Shown here: positions 58,635-64,000 of the stretch, one piece after another
Layout of the letters: each line of letters starts with the position of its first letter
Numbering within the stretch: the first letter of the stretch is position 1
Origin: a virus
Virus record (IMG/VR): IMGVR_UViG_3300021399_000016
Location: 1,808-65,807 of that record
Strand: one strand, 5' to 3'
DNA: 64,000 nt
The notes under the pieces: model-generated
Database searches by the model: none
Seen by the model: the letters and a program-made list of their open reading frames with translations, nothing else
What the model was told of the DNA's origin: nothing
Translations under genes and position numbers: made by a program

Positions 58635-58992
58635 CGTTATGGTAAACAGTGTTATTCAAAACCTCTGCGATAAATTTAACGTTGCTGCATCCGAGTTAGT
58701 GCCAAAAATGCAGGCGTATCAGATGGCAATGACGAAACTTGGGATGTGGATTAGTGGAGCGTTTATGGTGCTGTTTCTGATAGCTCTCATTGCCTATATC
58801 GCTCATCTTAATTATAAAAGAGACCACTCTGATTTTGTCTGCAGCGATGAGTATCAATTTGCGGTTTTTATTTATGTAATCGTTAATATTGCACCGGTCA
58901 TTATATGTATAGTTAACGCAGTTGAGTACGTCGGCTGGAAGTATGCTCCTGAGATTAAGTCTATGGAGTACGTCATGAACATGATTAAATAG
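58627..58992 (+). CDS. membrane protein
   Basis: Two TM segments; RBS GAGGAGG. Confidence 0.65.
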   Translation: MNDVMVNSVIQNLCDKFNVAASELVPKMQAYQMAMTKLGMWISGAFMVLFLIALIAYIAHLNYKRDHSDFVCSDEYQFAVFIYVIVNIAPVIICIVNAVEYVGWKYAPEIKSMEYVMNMIK

Positions 58993-59002
58993 TGAGGTTA
59001 GC

Positions 59003-59233
59003 ATGGAGAAAATATTCTGTGATAGATGCGGGAAAATCATAAACCCGAACGAAGAGGCTGAAAAATATATGATAAACGATATGCCGTTCCATAGAATTAC
59101 GAAAATTACATATGATGAACACTATAAGAGGAAAAAAGTACATATCGATTTATGCTATAGTTGTCAGAGTGAATTGACTTATTTCTTATATAGTAAGATG
59201 AAAAACCCATCAAAAGTTATTTTACAGCAATAG
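59003..59233 (+). CDS. zinc-ribbon small protein
   Basis: CDRCG..DLCYSC. Confidence 0.6.
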   Translation: MEKIFCDRCGKIINPNEEAEKYMINDMPFHRITKITYDEHYKRKKVHIDLCYSCQSELTYFLYSKMKNPSKVILQQ

Positions 59234-59252
59234 AAGGAGGTGTTTAGTTGGT

Positions 59253-59534
59253 ATGAAAATTGAAAAAGCCATACAAATTCTTGATCATGCTCTTAAAAAT
59301 GGGTACGAATACCTGCATACTGAAGCTGGTGATATGGCGGTTAGATCTGCGATAGAGGCTCTTAGCAGGCAGGTAGCAAAGAAACCGGATGAGGTATTTA
59401 TTGAAAACGGAGATCAGTCGCAGACCATTGATATTTGTCCGACATGTGGTAGCACTGAGATTTACGAAGAATACGAATTTACGTACTGCCCTGTATGCGG
59501 ACAGAAGATAGATTGGAGTGAAGAGGAATCTTAA
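59253..59534 (+). CDS. zinc-ribbon protein
   Basis: CPTCG..YCPVCGQKIDW. Confidence 0.7.
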   Translation: MKIEKAIQILDHALKNGYEYLHTEAGDMAVRSAIEALSRQVAKKPDEVFIENGDQSQTIDICPTCGSTEIYEEYEFTYCPVCGQKIDWSEEES

Positions 59535-59535
59535 T

Positions 59536-59877
59536 ATGGGTAAACTTACTGAAAGATCCGAACTTTTAATTACTCTTTTTAAAAAAGAAAAAGAAATGAT
59601 GGATCAACTGAAGGATGATTACAATAATTTTTATAAAAAAGGTGAATTCAAAACCATAAAAGACCACTACCAAAGGATGATGATTGGTAAAGTCTGCAAT
59701 CTTCTTGTAAAAATGAAGAAAAATGGTGCCACAGCTGAAGATATTAATCTGATGGAAAGGCTTTTATTTGTTGTAATTAATGCTAAAAAGTACAGTCTAG
59801 ACATTAGAAAGGCCAAGAAAGAGCTTCGTCTTAGTGAACTGGGAAGGAAATATGATGTTGATCACAATTATATTTAA
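59536..59877 (+). CDS. stand-alone paralog of the RNAP post-catalytic helical subdomain
   Basis: 23/68 ungapped identities (hand count) to RNAP residues encoded at 6514-6717. Confidence 0.7.
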   Translation: MGKLTERSELLITLFKKEKEMMDQLKDDYNNFYKKGEFKTIKDHYQRMMIGKVCNLLVKMKKNGATAEDINLMERLLFVVINAKKYSLDIRKAKKELRLSELGRKYDVDHNYI

Positions 59878-60034
59878 AGCATTAATAACCGCTATTGTGC
59901 TGTTTTTAACTTTTAACATAGGAAGGTGCTCTGCAACGCATGATATTTATGATGTAAGAATAGGAAAACGCGATAAAATGCCGGATGATATCATACGATG
60001 GGTAAAATGCTGGGATGAAAAGCGTATTAAATAA
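59852..60034 (+). CDS. small membrane protein
   Basis: N-terminal TM. Confidence 0.5.
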   Translation: MMLITIIFKALITAIVLFLTFNIGRCSATHDIYDVRIGKRDKMPDDIIRWVKCWDEKRIK

Positions 60035-60108
60035 TATTATATCCGCGTAGAAAAAACAAATCCTATAATAGAAACCGAAAATTTGTTTTTGTGAAAGGAG
60101 AAAACACC

Positions 60109-60288
60109 ATGAAAGCAAGAAATGTTTTAGCTATTGGACTTGGCATTGTGGGAGGGATTATCTTTGGTGGCTTAAGTGGGGCCGCTAAGGTAATCCAAGA
60201 CGACGCCTGGGCCGATCTGAAGGACAGTGCGATGAAGTGGAAAGAAGAGCGCGAAAACAAAAAGGAGGAGGAAGACGAGGATGCTTAA
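60109..60288 (+). CDS. cassette membrane-anchored protein with acidic tail
   Basis: LAIGLGIVGGIIFGGL; ends EEEDEDA. Confidence 0.7.
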   Translation: MKARNVLAIGLGIVGGIIFGGLSGAAKVIQDDAWADLKDSAMKWKEERENKKEEEDEDA

Positions 60289-60354
60289 CGGCTCCTCGTA
60301 TTTTTTTCAGCTCTTATAATGCAAACCGTTGGTTTAATTTAAAGGAGGACTGAT

Positions 60355-60573
60355 ATGTGTATTAAAGATTTTACAATTGGTTTTGTGTTGGGAGCATTAG
60401 GAGCTGTTGCCGGTGCTATCGTCGGTTACAAAGTGGCTAAAGAAGAATTTGGTAACCTTGACGACCGACTTGACGGCATCGAGCATTATGCTTCTGATGC
60501 GGCAAACAGTTCAAGTTTAACGTATTATTGGACCCTTGGAAAGAAACCAAAGATGCAGGAAGAGGACGCTTAA
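60355..60573 (+). CDS. cassette membrane-anchored protein
   Basis: IGFVLGALGAVAGAIVG; ends EEDA. Confidence 0.7.
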   Translation: MCIKDFTIGFVLGALGAVAGAIVGYKVAKEEFGNLDDRLDGIEHYASDAANSSSLTYYWTLGKKPKMQEEDA

Positions 60574-60594
60574 CAGCGTCTTTTTCTTTTGTTC

Positions 60595-60636
60595 TCGAAC
60601 TAAGTGAGAGGGCCGTTGAGTGCAACGAAACAAAAC
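60595..60636. repeat. 42-bp double-hairpin repeat, copy 3
   Basis: TCGAACTAAGTGAGAGGGCCGTTGAGTGCAACGAAACAAAAC. Confidence 0.8.
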
Positions 60637-60688
60637 GAAGCTAAAACCATTTATATTTCTAACAAGTGAAAGGAGATTGCATTTAACT

Positions 60689-60856
60689 ATGAGAATTCTG
60701 CCGACTAAAGACGAAGTTAACACGATTTGTATGCTTGTTTCCATTGGTATCTGGGTTAGGATCGGCTGGGATATGGCTGAAGGGACCGGAACTGCTATCA
60801 GGGATTATATTTTAAGACCTGCCAGTAGGAAAATCGTTGATACTTTTAACTCGTAA
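60689..60856 (+). CDS. small membrane protein
   Basis: RBS AAAGGAG; hydrophobic core. Confidence 0.55.
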   Translation: MRILPTKDEVNTICMLVSIGIWVRIGWDMAEGTGTAIRDYILRPASRKIVDTFNS

Positions 60857-60907
60857 TTAATACAAACCGTATAATGCAAACTGTTGATATTTCAAAGGAG
60901 GAGAATT

Positions 60908-61147
60908 ATGGAGAACAAGATGAATGGTTTCACAACGTTCGCAGTAAGGCACCCGTTTATTACGATGTTAATGTTCGGTAAAGCCTGCGAGTCTTTGGTT
61001 ACGATTGTTCGTGGCCACAGGCCTGCGGGTGTGTATAACTTCAACACCAGTGGAACGGAGACTGAGGAAGAAGAGCAGAAGGAGGAACCTGAAGTTGAGA
61101 TCGCTCCGGACGAGATGGTCGAAACAGAAAGCGAGGAGGAGGCTTAA
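60908..61147 (+). CDS. cassette protein (RHPF family) with acidic tail
   Basis: Paralog of 44275; ends ESEEEA. Confidence 0.7.
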   Translation: MENKMNGFTTFAVRHPFITMLMFGKACESLVTIVRGHRPAGVYNFNTSGTETEEEEQKEEPEVEIAPDEMVETESEEEA

Positions 61148-61164
61148 CAAAGCCTCTTCTTTTT

Positions 61165-61229
61165 GCTTTCGAATGAAATGAGAATGCCGTTGAGTGAAAC
61201 GAAACGCTTTCGAACGTAACGAAACAAAC
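61165..61229. repeat. diverged triple-hairpin copy of the GA/GNA repeat
   Basis: GCTTTC-GA-AT-GAA-AT-GA-GAATGC then GTT-GA-GT-GAA-AC-GA-AAC. Confidence 0.7.
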
Positions 61230-61255
61230 TTAAAAGAGCCTAGAAAGGGGAAAAC

Positions 61256-62173
61256 ATGTTTAAAAGCATTGGAAAGAAATTAAGCGTTGCTACTGCCAAA
61301 GTTGGAATGAAGATCGTAAAGCACTCTCCCGAGATTCTCTTTGGTCTCGGTGTAGTTGGATTCGTTGGAACCGTCGTGTATGCTACTGTGAAGGCCGGTC
61401 CTGCTGTAAATAAAGTGCTTGGCGAGCATAATGATAAGCATGACGACCTTGATATTATGCATGATGAAGGTGAAATTGACGATACAGAGCTTAAAAAGGA
61501 AGTAAGAAAGCTTTACGCTAATACTTTCTTCCGTACCGTTAAGGTAACTGCTCCGGTTGTTGCGATGGGTCTAGTGTCTATCGGATGCTTTGGCGGTGCG
61601 CAGTTTATTGTAGTCCGTCGCCTTGGTGCCATGACTACTGAGTATGTGCTCTTACAGAAGACTTTCGACACCTACAGAAGTAACGTGAGAGCTGATGGAG
61701 GTGACACGCTTGATGAAAGATATATGTATGGTCCTGAGAAAAGAGAGATGACCGCTCCTGTTCTTGATGAAGACGGGAATTTGACTGAGGAAACCAGAGA
61801 AGTCACCCAGATCAGGAGTATTCCAGAAAACTCTTATATTTGGGACCACAAATCTCCTACGTTTACCGGCATTGACAGCATGGATGACTATTATGTTGAG
61901 TGTAAGGAGAAGATGCTGCAGCATGAGTTCGAGAGAAAGGGTGTCTTAACGAGAGCAGATTTCCTTGATGCATTTAAGTTAAAAGATGATCTTGATAAAT
62001 CGAGAAAGTCTGGTAACGCGATTATGTTTGGTAGAGTCTGGAGCGATAAGGAAGGCGCTGATAACACGATTAGGATTACCAGATACAGGATCCCTGACTA
62101 TGAAAGTGGGTTCGGCAGATCAAGTAAGGTTGTACTCAGCTGGAATGAAGAGATGATTTATAACGCAATTTAA
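61256..62173 (+). CDS. membrane-associated protein, paralog family A (DUF6353-like)
   Basis: KHSPEILFGLGVVGFVGTVVYA..FDTYRSNV. Confidence 0.72.
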   Translation: MFKSIGKKLSVATAKVGMKIVKHSPEILFGLGVVGFVGTVVYATVKAGPAVNKVLGEHNDKHDDLDIMHDEGEIDDTELKKEVRKLYANTFFRTVKVTAPVVAMGLVSIGCFGGAQFIVVRRLGAMTTEYVLLQKTFDTYRSNVRADGGDTLDERYMYGPEKREMTAPVLDEDGNLTEETREVTQIRSIPENSYIWDHKSPTFTGIDSMDDYYVECKEKMLQHEFERKGVLTRADFLDAFKLKDDLDKSRKSGNAIMFGRVWSDKEGADNTIRITRYRIPDYESGFGRSSKVVLSWNEEMIYNAI

Positions 62174-62189
62174 ATAAAGGAGGGCTAAG

Positions 62190-62333
62190 ATGGTCGAAGC
62201 TATTCTTACTGTTTGGTTACTGTCGTTAGTATGGATATTTGCGACGATTGGACTGATTGTATTTTTAGCTCCGATCATCGTACTCTTTGGATTCTTTTGG
62301 TTACTGTTTAAATTAACGGAGAAGAATAAATGA
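62190..62333 (+). CDS. small membrane protein (47 aa)
   Basis: RBS AAGGAGG; hydrophobic. Confidence 0.5.
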   Translation: MVEAILTVWLLSLVWIFATIGLIVFLAPIIVLFGFFWLLFKLTEKNK

Positions 62334-63091
62334 AGGTAATAGTTTATGTTGGAGCCGGTCTTCTGGCTGGCTCCTTAGCTGGATATTTTACCGGGTGTGT
62401 CTTACAGAAAAAGAAAGACGACAAGGAAAATGAGGCTAAATTTAAAGAGTATTATGAGACCTTCGAGAAGATGCAGAAGGAGATTGACGAACTAAAAAAC
62501 CACATTGAAGACAGTGATATTTCAAGTCTGGATGGGAAAGAGTCGGCCACCGTCATAGAATCGCGTATAAGGCCCCTAGAAGCCTCTAGAACGGACGATA
62601 AGGATTACAGGCATAACTATACCGCCTATTCGGAAAACGGCGTTACAGAGGATCCTATGATGATTATGCGGCAAGTGTCTAGTATCACTGAACCTGAGGA
62701 AAGAGAACTGGAGAGTCTGCACCCTGTTGACTCAGACGAGGATGAGAAGGAGACCGATAGATATTTAGATGGTCTTAGAGACTCGGAAGATCACGCTTTA
62801 AAAAGGCAGGAGAAACCTAGAATCATTAAAGCTTCTGACTTTGGTAATGACGGAACATTAGAGCAGAAGACACTCTACTATTATCAGGACAATGATATTC
62901 TCCTTAATGAAGATGAGGAAGAGATCTTTGATGGAGATAAACTTAGCGATACAAACTGGGTTGTTGGAGATTGTCTTGATAAATTTGATTTCCGTACAAA
63001 TGACGAAGACGTAATCTATGTGAGAAACTATAGGCTTGGATTTGACTACGAGATCATCAAGGTTAGGGACGCGTATACGCCTGCTGAATAA
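62330..63091 (+). CDS. membrane-anchored acidic protein
   Basis: N-terminal TM; TLYYY.D.IL..VIYVRN..DYEI. Confidence 0.7.
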   Translation: MKVIVYVGAGLLAGSLAGYFTGCVLQKKKDDKENEAKFKEYYETFEKMQKEIDELKNHIEDSDISSLDGKESATVIESRIRPLEASRTDDKDYRHNYTAYSENGVTEDPMMIMRQVSSITEPEERELESLHPVDSDEDEKETDRYLDGLRDSEDHALKRQEKPRIIKASDFGNDGTLEQKTLYYYQDNDILLNEDEEEIFDGDKLSDTNWVVGDCLDKFDFRTNDEDVIYVRNYRLGFDYEIIKVRDAYTPAE

Positions 63092-63124
63092 TGATATTTC
63101 TGGCGCGGAGAGGAGGTGATATGA

Positions 63125-63658
63125 ATGGACGTTAGCGTCTACAATGAGTATTATTTTTATCTTCTTGAAAGGGTTGGACTGTATGAAAAAGAGATTCGTG
63201 CGTACAGTTTTCTATTCAGGGAGTTATTCAAAACAGAGTTTAAATGGAGTCTTGACAGAGACGAAAACAGAGCTGCTGATGGGGAAGAATTGAGGAGACA
63301 GTTTGAGGAAGATACCGGTGGTGTTACCGATGACTACGATCCTTGCAACATGCTTGAGATGCTTGTCGCTCTATCACTACGCTGCGAGAATGATATCATG
63401 GGAACGCAGGGTGAGGACAATACCCGTCAGTGGTTCTGGGATATGCTCGATAACATGGGACTCGATTATTATGATAACAGTCGATGGAATCCTACGGCCG
63501 TACAGAGAATTCTTAATAATGTTATATTTAGAAGGTACGACTGGAATGGAAATGGCGGAATGTTTCCTTTAAAGAATCCTCCTGGAGACCAGCGTCGTGT
63601 TGAAATTTGGTATCAGATGGGATCTTGGCTGTCTGAAAACTACGATCTGGTTGGGTAA
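63125..63658 (+). CDS. hypothetical protein
   Basis: DENRAADG.ELR..LEMLVAL..WFW..GGMFPL..EIWYQM. Confidence 0.75.
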   Translation: MDVSVYNEYYFYLLERVGLYEKEIRAYSFLFRELFKTEFKWSLDRDENRAADGEELRRQFEEDTGGVTDDYDPCNMLEMLVALSLRCENDIMGTQGEDNTRQWFWDMLDNMGLDYYDNSRWNPTAVQRILNNVIFRRYDWNGNGGMFPLKNPPGDQRRVEIWYQMGSWLSENYDLVG

Positions 63659-63766
63659 AAACACGATTTCCCGGTTTTTTATACCCTTTTTTATTATTTT
63701 GCATTTTGAAAAAAAATAAAAATAAATATAATAAAAAGGACCGGAAATACCGTGATTATCGTGTTA
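63659..63766. other. AT-rich nested inverted repeat, candidate replication origin
   Basis: AACACGAT/ATCGTGTT, TTCCCGG/CCGGAA and CCTTTTTATTAT/ATAATAAAAAGG around an A/T core, upstream of the replication gene. Confidence 0.45.
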
Positions 63767-63786
63767 GAAAGGAAAAGAAATGTGAA

Positions 63787-64000
63787 ATGGACTTTTTAAG
63801 GGTAAAAAACGTCCCGGTAAATCGTACGGAAATTAACGTTGTCCCGGATTTTATTATCGGGAAGTCAAAAGACCTTATGATACGCGGAAATAATTTTTAT
63901 GCAGTCTGGGATGAAGAGAATAAAGTTTGGTCTAAGGATGAAAATCGCTGTACATTTTTAATTGACAACGAGATTAGAAATGAGACTGAAAAACTGGAGA
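63787..64000 (+). CDS. N-terminus of the large primase/polymerase replication protein (3'-truncated by window)
   Basis: MDFL..PDFIIGKSKDLMIRGNNFYAVWDEE..WSKDE, open to window end; probably continues into ORF 1-2060. Confidence 0.65.
   Translation, partial: MDFLRVKNVPVNRTEINVVPDFIIGKSKDLMIRGNNFYAVWDEENKVWSKDENRCTFLIDNEIRNETEKLE

Larger units (their letters stand above)
60045..60875 (+). promoter_or_regulatory. second cassette cluster: promoter motifs at 60045, 60296, 60851
   Basis: Same 25-bp consensus. Confidence 0.8.

Noticed and set aside
60568-60620. Integron attC site (GCTTAAC ... GTTGAGT)
   Set aside because: R-box-like ends are present but there are no complementary L boxes; each half folds on its own; no IntI gene
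1-64000. Stop-codon reassignment
   Set aside because: Core genes are full length under the standard code and all three stop codons are used

Overview
The window is almost a whole circularly permuted tailed-phage (siphovirus) genome with essentially all genes on the + strand. The host is probably a Clostridia/Lachnospiraceae-type Firmicute, inferred from the strong AGGAGG RBSs and the endolysin cell-wall-binding repeats. The replication gene is split by the window ends: N-terminus at 63787-64000 and PolB-like C-terminus at 1-2060. Gene order: SSB, helicase, VRR-NUC, PD-(D/E)xK nuclease, a 960-aa HTH-flanked protein with two-barrel RNA polymerase motifs (DFDGD), a candidate cos site, HNH/terminase/portal/protease-capsid/tail genes, a Q/N/G-rich five-gene module, lysis and fibre genes, an integrase remnant with an attP-like site, an array of single-gene promoter-terminator cassettes, then long operons of small genes including ThyX. 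The most notable candidate system is a phage transcription module. It comprises the YonO/cellular-RdRP-like RNAP, 22 copies of a 25-bp promoter-like motif (TCGTA-W7-CA-N3-C-N-TATAAT), two promoter-driven non-coding units (one a tRNA mimic without an anticodon loop), a stand-alone paralog of an RNAP subdomain, and repeated tandem-GA/GNA-triloop DNA hairpins. The head module also holds a papain-fold toxin/immunity pair with a shared HHG..KWG leader. All assignments come from reading motifs by eye; no database searches were run.
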